Positions 10,270-21,228 of a DNA stretch of 34,798 nt are shown here, in pieces. The notes below the pieces were generated by a model. That model was not told where the DNA came from and ran no database searches. It saw nothing but the letters and a program-made list of their open reading frames with translations. The stretch is taken from the NCBI RefSeq assembly GCF_001194135.2, contig NC_068987.1, positions 91,263,831-91,298,628 of the forward strand, read 5' to 3'. The position numbers and the translations under genes were made by a program. This DNA is from Octopus bimaculoides (lineage: Eukaryota). How positions within the stretch are numbered: the stretch's first letter is position 1; every line of letters starts with the position of its first letter.

Positions 10270-11789
10270 TTTTTGATAATGTCTTACTTATTGTTTATGT
10301 ATATATAAATGCAAGAAACTATGCATACATAAAGATACACACATATATATATATGCGTATATATATATATATATATNNNNNNNNNNNNNNNNNNNNNNNN
10401 NNNNNNNNNNNNNNNNNNNNNNNNNNNNNNNNNNNNNNNNNNNNNNNNNNNNNNNNNNNNNNNNNNNNNNNNNNNNNNNNNNNNNNNNNNNNNNNNNNNN
10501 NNNNNNNNNNNNNNNNNNNNNACATACGCATATATATATATATATGTATATTTATGTATGCATAGTTTCTTGCATGTATATATACATAAACAATAAGTAA
10601 GACATTATCAAAAACACATAATGTAATAGATACATATGGTAAGCCTAAAATCCGGCGTTAGGCGAAGGGATAGGGGAACCACGAAGATAAGAGTTGCTTA
10701 TAGGTAATGTACGAGTCGAGTTGAGCAGGTAATAAATTTTGAATGGGCAGTTGCAGCACATCAAATTATTGATTACATATTTACACAGAACTGAGTGTAG
10801 AAATATATAAATTTAGCGAAAATAAACCAAGAGAATCTAGAAGTGACAATTCATACTGATTCGGCGCAGACAGGTACAAATGTAGGAAATCCATGCAGTG
10901 ATGTCACTGACGGCATAAAGTAAAATTCTAGTGGCCCTGTATGTTGGTTCAATATAGATAGGCAAATCTAATGCATGAGGTCACCAGTAATAACTTCGTA
11001 AGTAATGGAAAACAAATTACAGGTATACCTTTACAGCTGTTTCAGGGTTCAGTGTAGGAGCTCATTAGAAATTGTTATGCGTATTCTATCTCTCTATTTA
11101 AGATAGATTGGTGCTAATTACTGTGTATGAAGCTGCATAGATGGCCCCTTTTCACTAACAATAAAGTATCTCTAGATTTGTGTTTATAAGCCTTAAAAAC
11201 AAATTTTATTAAAAGTTCTCGTAAAGAATGAACAGCTATTTAGAGGAACCAAGTAGTGGAGAAATTTGCAATTCTTTGTTATCGTCAGTCTTTGTCGCAA
11301 TAATCTCTTAAAAATTATCCGCAGAATTATTTTAGTTACCATAGGTTTCTTCCCCACTCGATTCGTTGGTATTTTCGTTCTTCAATGTTTTTTTAATTGT
11401 AGAATTAGATATGTAGTTTTTGTTGTGTAAACAACACAACAGTGTGTTCATGCTGTCATGTAGAACGAGTGTTTAGGGTATCTTACGCTTTTGTGTATCG
11501 AAGGAAATATTTCAGTCTTTCTAGGGATCTAAGGATATATATTTACGGACGGGAAACCCAGGGTAACCCCATAGACCAGCCATGACTATCTTTAATCACT
11601 CTACTGCTCAAAACTTAGAGTGTACTTCTCTTTCGGATTTATGATTTAACGACGATATATGTATGTATGTATGTGTGTCTCTTCTATTTTTTAATTATTA
11701 TAAATTTTCTACTGAGGAGGGAGCTGGTTTCCGATAAAGATACAAGGCTCCATCTTTGGAATGTAGTTAACACAGACAAATTCACATTT

Positions 11790-11880
11790 CGAGCTCGCGG
11801 TGAGTTGTGTTGCTGAGTAAAACACTTCATTTCACGTTGTTCCGGTTCATTCAGCTGTAAATGAATGACTTCACTAAGCA
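11790..11880 (-). mobile_element. SINE family C fragment
   Basis: gagttgtgttgctgagtaaaacacttcatttcacgttgttccggttcattcagctgtaaatg is related to 14470-14520 and 17880-17905. Confidence 0.55.
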
Positions 11881-11902
11881 TTTTGTAACTTCTGTTACTT
11901 AC

Positions 11903-11930
11903 AAGCCACAGAATCCGAGCAATCGGCCAT
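11903..11930 (-). CDS. Possible first coding exon (MADCSDSVA, phase-1 intron) of an unidentified gene; speculative
   Basis: cttaaaATGGCCGATTGCTCGGATTCTGTGGCTT|gtaagt shows a strong Kozak context and a perfect donor. No downstream coding exon could be linked. Confidence 0.2.
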
Positions 11931-12225
11931 TTTAAGTCTGAGAATTGGAGACAATAATATCTAGGGGTTAATGATGTGATGGAAAAAAAAAATTAATAGT
12001 TTAGAAATAATTTGCATGTCTATGTACTGGCATGCAATTTAATATTTTTCATAGGACAGCAAACAGCAAATCATGGCCATAAAGAAACGTTTGGCCCGCT
12101 CCTGTATAATCTAGAGCTGCGGTTTATTGAGTACCAATAATTTAGAATAGAAGTGGAGTCATTCATTCAGGGATCTTGCATTTCTAAAGCAAATTGCGCC
12201 TGTATGACTCGCCCACTTAATTACA

Positions 12226-12448
12226 TAAGGCAGCGAGCTGGCAGAAACGCTAGCACGCCGGGCGAAATGCTTAGCGGTATTTCATCTGCCGTTACGTTCT
12301 GAGTTCAAATTCCGCCGTGGTCAACTTTGCCTTTCATCCTTTCGGGGTTGATAAATTAAGTACCAGTTGCGTACTGGGGTCGATCTAATCGATTGGCCTC
12401 CTCCCCCCAAATTTCGGGCCTTGTGCCTAGAGAAGAAAAGAATATTAT
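12226..12448 (+). mobile_element. SINE family B, full length
   Basis: tRNA-like head (aaggcagcgagctggcagaaacgctagc...gagttcaaattcc), central gcctttcatcctttcggggttgataaattaagtaccagtt, and tail ...cctagagaagaaaagaatattatt. Confidence 0.92.
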
Positions 12449-12455
12449 TTTCCGT

Positions 12456-12680
12456 TAAGGAGGCGAGCTAGTAGAATCGTTAGCACGCCGTGCAAAATGT
12501 TTAGCAACATTTCGTATGTCCTTACGTTATGAGTTCAAATCCCACTGGGATCAACTTTGTTTTTCATTTTTTCAGGGTCGATAAAATAAGTACCAGTTGC
12601 GTACTAGGGTCAATGTAATCGACTTAACCCCAAATCCCGAAATTGTTGGCCTTCTACCAATGTTTGAAACAAGATTATTT
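12456..12680 (+). mobile_element. SINE family B (different subfamily tail), tandem with the previous copy
   Basis: taaggaggcgagctagtagaatcgttagcacgccg...gagttcaaatccc...gggtcgataaaataagtaccagttgcgtactagg...tttgaaacaagattatt. Confidence 0.88.
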
Positions 12681-12949
12681 GCCATGAAAGATGCCCTCAC
12701 TGATAATGTATACATCCCAGTTTAAGCATTATCGTTTACTTTTTTGCTTTGAGATTCATTCTAGGCAGTAAAAACCTTTTCTTCCCTTCCTTTGTCCTTA
12801 AGACAGACACTTGCCTTTGAAATAACTGCTAATAGATCTATTTGATTAGTGCTGACGCCGATACCTTGTAGAAGAGAAGAACGCTTGCATAACTTTGCTA
12901 GTCATGTGTATCTTAACATGTTTAAATGGCTACTCCACTTCAAAACATT

Positions 12950-13500
12950 TTATCCATTCTGTTATTTGCTGCTTCGAAATCTTGTTATTCTATTTATGAA
13001 AATATTCTGCTATGTGCGTGCATATGACATGAAGATGCTTTGCTTGGTGAGTTGGGATTTTGTCTATTCTAGGTGAATTTCTGTTGCCTTTTAATATTAG
13101 CATCGATTATATCTCCCACTCTAATATCTGACCATTTTTCTGGCTCGATTTTCTTTCCTTCTACTCATTATTCAATTTTCTTAAAATTTTTATTTTAAAA
13201 TTCAATATTTATTCCAAACACTTCCTACTTGCCTACAGGCTTTCTATACTTATGGCTCTGTTGTTTAATTCTCTATACATTTTTGCTTCAAGCGTTTGCT
13301 GTTTTCTTCTTTATTACTGAATTTTTATATTATTTATATATTTTTATGAGTAATTCTTCATCCTTAATTTTAAATCTATTATGACTTGTCTTTTTTCTTA
13401 ACAAATGTCTTTATATTCAATTTATATTTCCCACATTATTGCCAGATCTTCATCAATTGACGCCCTATTTCGAGCCTTCTTTCACTGTAATTTCACGTAA
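12950..13500 (-). mobile_element. Very degenerate non-LTR (R4/Dong-like) ORF fragment from the region just before the RT domain
   Basis: The minus strand is A-rich and gives VEGKKIEPEKWSDIRVGDI / GNRNSPRIDKIP..KHLHVICTHIAEYF...QITEW, resembling the N(W/R)KSPGxDxIxxxWLK motif. Many stops and frameshifts. Confidence 0.5.
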
Positions 13501-13527
13501 TTTCCTCTCATCATCTAAAAAGAATTT

Positions 13528-13924
13528 TATCTTTTATCTTTTACTTGTCTCAGTTATTAGACTACGGCCATGCTGGGGCACGCCTTGAAGTATTTTTCAT
13601 CGAATGAATTTTTTCTTGTAAACCTGGTACTTATTCTATCGTTCTCTTTTCCCGACTTGCAAAGTTACAGGGACGTAGACACGCCAACACCGGTTGTCAA
13701 ACGGTGGTGGGGGGCAACCACAGACACAAAGACACTCACATGCATATATATATATATATATATATACATATATACGATGGGATTCTTTCAGTTTCCGTCT
13801 AACACATCCACTCACAAGGCTTTGGTCGGTTCGAGGTTGTAGTAGAAGACACATTGAAAGAGCTACGTTGTGGGACTGAACCCGGACCTATGTGGTTAGG
13901 AAGAAAAGTTCTTACCACACAGCC
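13528..13924 (-). mobile_element. SINE family A, near full length
   Basis: Reverse complement of 31871-32336: head ggctgtgtggtaagaac...gggttcagtccca, internal (TA)n, and tail ...aagtaaaagataaaagataaaa. Confidence 0.92.
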
Positions 13925-14293
13925 CAGAAACTTCATTACGTGTTTTATTTCAAGTAAGTTATCCTTGTCATGTCTGAACAGACGCCAAATGAATTCTGGC
14001 TGAATTTGTAACAGCCATGGCTTCCAAGTGTTTGCTTTCAGACTTAGTTTTTATGTAGAACAGAAGTGTTCAATGTAAGTTTTATTTTCTCGTGGGATTT
14101 CAGCGAGTTTTGACTACTGTGTCCAGTAGACCAAGTCACTATACAAAGGGTCTGTCGTTGCTTTGTTTTCAGAGTTGCAGAACATGTTTAGACAGATGTT
14201 TGTTTCCAGACAATCTTACTACATCTTGTTTGTGATCTTAGACACAACGTCTCGTCCGTTTGTCTCTGGGGATACGCATACATATACTCGCTC

Positions 14294-14345
<52 letters not shown>

Positions 14346-14351
14346 GGATGA

Positions 14352-14586
14352 AAGCCCTTTCTGAGCCACTGGCTCATGAGGCTGGTTCTCGGATTCTGTG
14401 GGGGTATATATTCTCCATTTCTCATTGGACGGGACACTGGTACGTCGCAGAATTGCTAATACTAGCAGCTGAGTGGACTGGGGTAAAGTAAAATGAAATA
14501 TTTTGCTCAAGAACGCAACGCATCATCCGGGTCTGGAATCTTAGAATCATGAGTACAACATCCTAACCACTAAACCACGCATCTCC
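14352..14586 (-). mobile_element. SINE family C (tRNA-derived)
   Basis: Minus-strand head ggagatgcgtggtttagtggttaggatgttgtactcatgatt...gcgttcttgagcaaaatatttcattttac is similar to 17803-17905. Confidence 0.7.
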
Positions 14587-14639
14587 CCACCGCTACTCAC
14601 GCATACATGTGTGTGTGTGTATTTATGTCTTGACTCCTA

Positions 14640-14910
14640 GGAGTCATGTGGCGAAAGAGGTTGAAATGTGGTGGACGAAGCTGAAAGGATCAAAGAAAGA
14701 CACTTTGCTCTTCCGTAAAGCTCACAAGACTTTTACAAGTTCTACTTGGAAGGAAAAGCGAGAGTGGAGAGGAAGGTGCTACCTTCCAGTGAATTTATGA
14801 AAATGGTTCGAGTGAATGGCTTTACTCTAAGTATGCACCAGTAGATTGGAGAGTATGAGAACGTGTTCGTCAGAGTAATCCTGGATCTGTAGGGTTCCTT
14901 CATTGGCACT
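14640..14910 (+). mobile_element. Probable decayed 3' end of an L1/Tx1-like LINE
   Basis: FYKFYLEGKARVERKVLPSSEFMKMVRVNGFTLSMHQ* resembles the C-terminus of octopod Tx1-like elements as I recall them; not verified. Confidence 0.4.
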
Positions 14911-15081
14911 AGAGTTTTTTTTCTGTATCAGGAGGGCCACATCGTTCACGTTACCTGTTATAGCAATTCATTATCTTTTCCAATTCTCTCACACCATCCT
15001 GTATGTAACTTCGCACACAAATTGCTGTCTGTTCTTGTGATGTCTCCTCTCATCTATGCTCCTCTGGCTAATTAAAGAAAT

Positions 15082-15082
15082 T

Positions 15083-15114
<32 letters not shown>

Positions 15115-15115
15115 T

Positions 15116-15150
<35 letters not shown>

Positions 15151-15198
15151 AATCATCATCATCATCATCATCATCATCATTATTATTATTGTTATTAT
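15082..15198 (+). repeat. (ATC)n/(ATT)n tract, equal to the (AAT)/(GAT) 3' tail of the Dong-like element
   Basis: Direct reading. Confidence 0.95.
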
Positions 15199-16075
15199 TC
15201 AGTAATTTTATTTTTATAACGTGCTTTCACTTCACTACCGAGCGCAGCTCTGTGCGCCTTGGGTATGTGCTGTGGTTTGCTGTGGTGCTCTTATGTTCAC
15301 TGTATTGAAAGTGTTTTGCGTAGAATGTGTACAGTGCCCAGTAGTGCAATTTTCTGTATGTTATATATATTTGTAAGTCCTAATGTTTTTGTTATGTATT
15401 TGTCTGAATATTTTTTTATTATGCCTAAGNNNNNNNNNNNNNNNNNNNNNNNNNNNNNNNNNNNNNNNNNNNNNNNNNNNNNNNNNNNNNNNNNNNNNNN
15501 NNNNNNNNNNNNNNNNNNNNNNNNNNNNNNNNNNNNNNNNNNNNNNNNNNNNNNNNNNNNNNNNNNNNNNNNNNNNNNNNNNNNNNNNNNNNNNNNNNNN
15601 NNNNNNNNNNNNNNNNNNNNNNNNNNNNNNNNNNNNNNNNNNNNNNNNNNNNNNNNNNNNNNNNNNNNNNNNNNNNNNNNNNNNNNNNNNNNNNNNNNNN
15701 NNNNNNNNNNNNNNNNNNNNNNNNNNNNNNNNNNNNNNNNNNNNNNNNNNNNNNNNNNNNNNNNNNNNNNNNNNNNNNNNNNNNNNNNNNNNNNNNNNNN
15801 NNNNNNNNNNNNNNNNNNNNNNNNNNNNNNNNNNNNNNNNNNNNNNNNNNNNNNNNNNNNNNNNNNNNNNNNNNNNNNNNNNNNNNNNNNNNNNNNNNNN
15901 NNNNNNNNNTATTGTTTCTTGTCCATCTCCACATATTCTACAGTTACTTGTTATATTTCTTTTCATTATATGTCTATGGTAATTTCTGGTGGGGAGGCTT
16001 TGGTCTTGTGCAGCAATTAAAAATCCTTCAGTCTCTGCTTTGAGTCCTGAGCTTCTCAACCATTGCTGTGCTTTT
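15199..16075 (-). mobile_element. R4/Dong-like non-LTR retrotransposon 3' part (zinc knuckle, RLE and 3' UTR), spanning a 480-N gap
   Basis: QWLRSSGLKAETEGFLIAAQDQSLPTRNY...CRICGDGQETI [gap] LGIIKKYSDKYITKTLGLTNIYNIQKIALLGTVHILRKTLSIQ* (stop 15297-15299), followed by a 3' UTR and an AAT tail. Confidence 0.92.
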
Positions 16076-16662
16076 GCACAGCTTCTAACGCTGGAGATGT
16101 ACTACGGTGTCAGCTGTTCACTACCAGTGAACTAAGGTAACACCTCTTATTTTTCGAGCACCTTCCAGAGTATTCCAGCGGTTCCAAGCAGTGCTGTTTT
16201 CTGTAAGTGCTCCACCGTTATTGCAGCCCCTATTTGTTCCACGTACTTCTCGAGATTTTAGCTCACTTTTCTCAGGGCTCCGGCACTTATTGGTACTGCT
16301 ACCACCTTTTTCATCGACCACAACTGCTTAACTTCCTAAGCTAACCTGTCATAGCTATCGACTTTTCTTTCCCCCTTATCGCATACATTGTTGTCAGCTG
16401 GGCATGCTATGTCTATGATCCAGCCTAGTTTGTTTTCTTTCTCAATTAAGAATATGTACGGCTTCCTATTCTCAATCTCATGGTCGCACTGAATCATAAA
16501 ATGCCATAGGATCTTTGCATTTCTATTTTCGACGATACCTTCGGGTTGTGGTCGTACCAATTTTTTACTCTGTCAAGTCCATATTTATTGCAAAGTTTCC
16601 AATGGACAAGCCTGGCTATATTGTCGTGGCGTCTCTTATATTCCTTTTGGGTTAGTGGCGTA

Positions 16663-16664
<2 letters not shown>
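16072..16664 (-). mobile_element. Second, different R4/Dong-like element 3' end (RLE domain and 3' UTR)
   Basis: CTPLTQKEYKRRHDNIARLVHWKLCNKYGLDRVKNWYDH / PEGIVENRNAKILWHFMIQCDHEIENRKPYIFLIEKENKLGWIIDIACPAD...QKTALLGTAGIL. The catalytic PD has become PY; frameshifts are present. Confidence 0.9.
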
Positions 16665-16750
<86 letters not shown>

Positions 16751-16780
16751 GTTGTTGTTGTTGTTGTTGTTACTATTATT
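16665..16780 (+). repeat. (TTA)n then (TTG)n microsatellite, 5' flank of the Dong-like pair
   Basis: Direct reading. Confidence 0.95.
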
Positions 16781-17569
16781 AACCGACCGCTGTATTTCTG
16801 TTTTGATGTTTTTCTCTCCAGCTAAGGTTAATCGGGTGTTATTTTAAAAATATCCTCTCATACGTTCGATAATTTCATGTTGTTTATTTATAGACGAGGA
16901 TTGGGACGTATTTTTCACTTCACCAGATTTCATAAGTTTATTCTGTTATGTTGCTCGAGGGATTTCATTTGCCAAGTAAAACAAGGCTTTTATAACCTCT
17001 AAGTACTCGGCTTTGTTGTATTTCTGTCTCTCATATTTATTTTTAATTAATTTTTTGACTTAGCGGCAGACTAACAATTTCTACTTCACTGTTTTTCTTC
17101 GCCCGGTTAACTTCGATCGCCATGTTGCTGCCGTATTAAAATTTTTGAGCCCATAGATCACTTGAAGTGCGTTGCCACTAAACCTGATATACAACTTAAT
17201 TAATTAAATTAATTATATTGGTTTAATTAATTATGTCTAGTTCTTTCGAAAAGGTTAGAAGTTTCTCCAAGCTCAAGAGTTGCTATTTATCTCACAAACG
17301 ATGAAGATAGAGTAACAGCAACGAATGAACTTGGCGTAAACAAACAATATTTTGTAATAAAATTCTGCTCGCGGCTAATGATATCAATATCAATCATAAT
17401 CTTTTTCAAAGATAAATTCTGATTAAATAAATGAAAATTTGTGAAACTACATTATTCTAACACATTGCTACGATATAACATATGTTTTTATTAAAAATAC
17501 TTTCTCTGTTTTTTTTATTAAAAATAGTTTATTTATTGCTGCAACATTTTTAGTAGAGTAAAATTATAT

Positions 17570-17680
17570 TTTCATATTCCACCGGAATTAACTAACTTTG
17601 CCTTTCCTCATTCTAGAGTAGAGTTTATGAAATGAATACCCGTTCAATACTGAGGTCAAATTAATCAACAACATCTCTTT
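17570..17680 (+). mobile_element. Highly degenerate SINE family B
   Basis: ttcatattccaccgg...aactttgcctttcctc...aatgaatacccgttcaatactgaggtcaaattaatc. Confidence 0.4.
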
Positions 17681-17802
17681 CTAACAATCTATTGTTTTGT
17701 GTCTATTAGCAAACATTGTCTCTAATTTATTTTCTCTTTCATTTAGTGTTATTGTCTTACTTTTATGTTCGCCATTTTCGCCTGTTGATTCAGTCACGAT
17801 CG

Positions 17803-18058
17803 GGAGGGTGTGTGGCCTAGTGGTTAGTGTGTTGCAATCACAATCACACGATCGTGGTTTCAATTCTCAGACCGGACTTGCACTGAGCAAAACACTTCAT
17901 GCTGTTGTTCAATTCCCCTGCAATGGACTGACGCCCTTTTCTTTGGGGAATGTCGTGGTCTTGCTCCCTTATACACCTAAGAAACCAGGTAACCAGCCCT
18001 TTCAATGTTAGGACACGAGACAGTAATGTCCAGGGCTAAACTTTACTTTTGCCTTTTC
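17803..18058 (+). mobile_element. SINE family C (degenerate)
   Basis: A-box-like tggcctagtggttag, B-box-like ggtttcaattc, ctgagcaaaacacttcat, and tail ctttacttttgccttt. Confidence 0.6.
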
Positions 18059-19136
18059 TGTGCCAGTTATTAATATTTTGCTGGTCTTTTAATCTTTTAT
18101 CTTCTCTACGTCTTGTGCACAAGTTTTGGAATTCGGATTATATATTTGCTAATTACGATTAGACATGACATTTTTACCATGAATGTTAGGTTTATCATTT
18201 GTTATTTGGTCGTCTGTTAATATGCCAATGTTCAATTTAATCCACGGACATAACAGTATTATTTCTATATAGTCATGTTTCTCTGAAAAGTAGAGGTCCC
18301 TATTAGTGTCACGGACCATATTCATGGTTAGTTGGATGTAAAGCAGTTTTTCTATTATAGTGTCTATAGATATATTTTGTCTAGGTATATAATGTGGTGC
18401 CACATTTTAGAAAACATATCACTTGGGAGACAGTTGTCTTCTCTGTTGTAAGAATTATGGATCATCCTTTCGATGAACCATGTGGCAAAAGTCTGCTTTT
18501 GGAAACTCGAGTGTTATGGTTTTCGTTGCTATGTTCAAACCAGAGTTAAAAGTCAACAAATCAGAGTTCGTCTTCTACGATCCCCCTAGTTACTGATCAT
18601 TGGGGCCATTCAACCACGAGAATGAAAAAAAAAAATACCAATCTATGAGTCTTCGATCACAATTTCTTTGATTTTCCTGTGCAGAAGCTCCTTAACTTTG
18701 TTTAACCCAAGATGTCTATCATATTTGTTTCCAGTTCTTTCAATACCTGGGAAGTTCATTGCCAGGGTTTACCAACTTTATGATTCTGCTTCCCTTAAAA
18801 ATGAATTTGGAAGATATTTCAAATCCAAACTTAATACGAATGGCACAGATGTAATTTTGCTCTTGAGAAACGTTTTTACAGCTTTGTCACAGATTTAACA
18901 CAATTTTATATAATCCATATATAATCCATATATAATCCATATAGAATATATAGGCGACCTTGATGCCTAAGTTATGCAACTACTCTCTGTCCAATATAGA
19001 GTTGTACTTTAAAGGCAAGAAAAATTTAGAACAGAAGAGGTGAAAGCAAATCACCTTTGAATATTTCAGCTTCAAATAAACTATATTTCATTGAAAGACA
19101 CCTACATTGTGAAGCTGAACCACATTGGATATCATA

Positions 19137-19468
19137 TACGAGGGCGAATCAAAAAGTAATACCATTTTGTTTAGGACGGGTATAATTACCAACACAGGAA
19201 CATGTATCATACATCAAAATGAAGCTGGTCCTCTATGGATCACATCCCTACTTCTCAACAGAGTCACCGTTTCTCTCAATAGCAATGTTCCACCTTCGAA
19301 TGAGAGCAATGTATCCCTGCCCCGTAAAATTCTATTGACTGTTCTTTGAGCGACTTCTTCACTACATTTTCACTTCCTCGTCATCAGATTTAGCGCCTTC
19401 AGACTATCATATCTATGGCCCCATGAAAGAGGCTTTGAGAGGCAAACATTATTCCAGTGACGAGGAAG
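19137..19468 (-). mobile_element. Mariner (Tc1/mariner) 3' end with TIR and TA target site; the upstream 19384-19468 piece is inverted
   Basis: TA+CGAGGGCGAATCAAAAAGTAAT terminus. Minus strand reads DEEVK/VVKKSLKEQSIEFYGAGIH/ALIRRWNIAIERNGDSVEK*. Plus strand 19384-19468 reads SDLAPSDYHIYGPMKEALRGKHYSSDEE (the YSPDLAPSD motif region). Confidence 0.92.
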
Positions 19469-19742
19469 ATGTGGCAGCTACGAGAGTCGAACATAAAGGT
19501 TATCTCTATTGTCATCGGAGCATTGGGTTCAATACCACCCAATCTGAAAAATACATCTGAAAACCTTAGAGATACCCTACAATCTAGATGTATTGCAAAA
19601 GTCGGCATTACTCGGAACTGCACGGATATTGCGTAACGTATTGTTTGTCTGAGGTCCTTGTTGTGACTTGACAAACAGTACAAACCCCTGGTAGACATAT
19701 CTTCAATCAACAACCTTACGATACTGCATACTGTGCGACGTT

Positions 19743-19780
<38 letters not shown>
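19466..19780 (+). mobile_element. Third R4/Dong-like LINE family, 5'-truncated 3' end with (TAA)n tail
   Basis: MWQLRESNIKVISIVIGALGSIPPNLKNTSENL / IPYNLDVLQKSALLGTARILRNVLFV*, then about 70 nt of UTR and (TAA)~12 at 19744-19780. Confidence 0.88.
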
Positions 19781-19781
<1 letters not shown>

Positions 19782-19984
19782 TTCTTGGATAAATACGATC
19801 ACGCCGTATTTTGTGAGCAGGATGCTGTAGATTAAAATCTGAGGTGCATTATTTTAGAAATAATATTAAGGTTATAGGATGGCCGTAGATTGAATGAGCG
19901 ATGAGATCTGACATTGGGTCAAGAAGAATAAGAACAAGAAGAACAACATCAACATCAAGAACATCAACGTCATTTGAAAAGGGC

Positions 19985-20175
19985 CAAAGAGGGGCCTCTA
20001 GGCTTGCAAGAAATAGCTACTAAATCTTTCTCATATGGCACCTTATCGTACTACATAAATACTAGATTGTTTAGTTAATGTAGACAGACATACTCTTAAA
20101 AATGGGATTATCAGAGCCGGAATGCATTAGTTCATAGTTCAGTGCGATGAAGTTTGACCTGGGGTTAAACAGCAA
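19985..20175 (+). repeat. Interspersed repeat family D with a CAA-type tail (related copies at about 31090-31305, 33065-33130 and 33350-33505)
   Basis: Shared blocks gaaatagc..aaat, gatggtca..gctggaatgc and gacctggg..taaacaac occur among these loci. Confidence 0.5.
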
Positions 20176-20702
20176 CAGCACCAACAGCAGCAACAGTAGC
20201 AGCAGCACCACTACCACCACACCACCACCGCCATCACCACCAACACCAGCACCAGCAGCAATCCCACCCCTACTAACACCACCACCACCACCACCACCAC
20301 CGCCACCGCCGCCATCACCACCACCNNNNNNNNNNNNNNNNNNNNNNNNNNNNNNNNNNNNNNNNNNNNNNNNNNNNNNNNNNNNNNNNNNNNNNNNNNN
20401 NNNNNNNNNNNNNNNNNNNNNNNNNNNNNNNNNNNNNNNNNNNNNNNNNNNNNNNNNNNNNNNNNNNNNNNNNNNNNNNNNNNNNNNNNNNNNNNNNNNN
20501 NNNNNNNNNNNNNNNNNNNNNNNNNNNNNNNNNNNNNNNNNNNNNNNNNNNNNNNNNNNNNNNNNNNNNNNNNNNNNNNNNNNNNNNNNNNNNNNNNNNN
20601 NNNNNNNNNNNNNNNNNNNNNNNNNNNNNNNNNNNNNNNNNNNNNNNNNNNNNNNNNNNNNNNNNNNNNNNNNNNACCGCCACCACCACCACCACCACCG
20701 CC
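20170..20702 (+). repeat. Compound CAG/CCA/CCG trinucleotide tract spanning a gap
   Basis: Direct reading; source of the poly-P and poly-G ORFs. Confidence 0.9.
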
Positions 20703-21228
20703 ACAAAAACAAATTTATTTTAAACATAATAAAGAAATGATAAAAATGTTACATTTGTCGTTTGCAATGGCAGCTCCTGTGGTTTCTTGTAATGGCTGTT
20801 CCGGAGCATTAGGTCGCGTATGGAAGCGCTAAGTGTTCTGAGAGAAATATATAAGCAAAACGTAGCAAATGCCAGCTGATGCTGTCGGCATTTGAAATGA
20901 GAACGAACAGCAAGAGAGCCAGACCGAATACTGCCAACTAAGATTTATCCTACAGCTCTAACGGCAATTTCTTCGCTTTCCTCCCTTAACCGATGAAAAA
21001 ACCGAACAATTCTTCTCTCGACGTGGTTGCTACTCGGAGTTATTAATTAACTAAATATTCTTCTTCTCTCACTCGACTGCCATCATTCACACGTCACTGA
21101 TTCAATTCAATCACACCGCACTCATTTAGTTATTTAGTTCATTCTTATACTCATTCTCTCTACTCCTTCATTCACTGAGCTATGTTCTCATTCACTTTCC
21201 TTTCTTTCACAATTTCCTTCATTTAATA

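Noticed and set aside
18149-18403. 84-aa minus-strand ORF, and likewise the 71-aa ORF at 32691-32906
   Set aside because: No recognisable motif or splice support; the length is compatible with chance.
18908-18942. Three copies of the 11-mer tataatccata
   Set aside because: A small local slippage repeat with no sign of function; not CRISPR-like, as there are no spacers.
20071-20740. Poly-Pro/poly-Gly ORFs resembling formin or extensin
   Set aside because: They arise from a CAG/CCA tract that continues a repeat tail and spans a gap; there is no flanking domain or splice support.
20753-20837. Minus-strand candidate exon TLSASIRDLMLRNSHYKKPQELPLQTTN with a good acceptor
   Set aside because: The donor (GTAACA) is weak and no homology is recognised; this can occur by chance.
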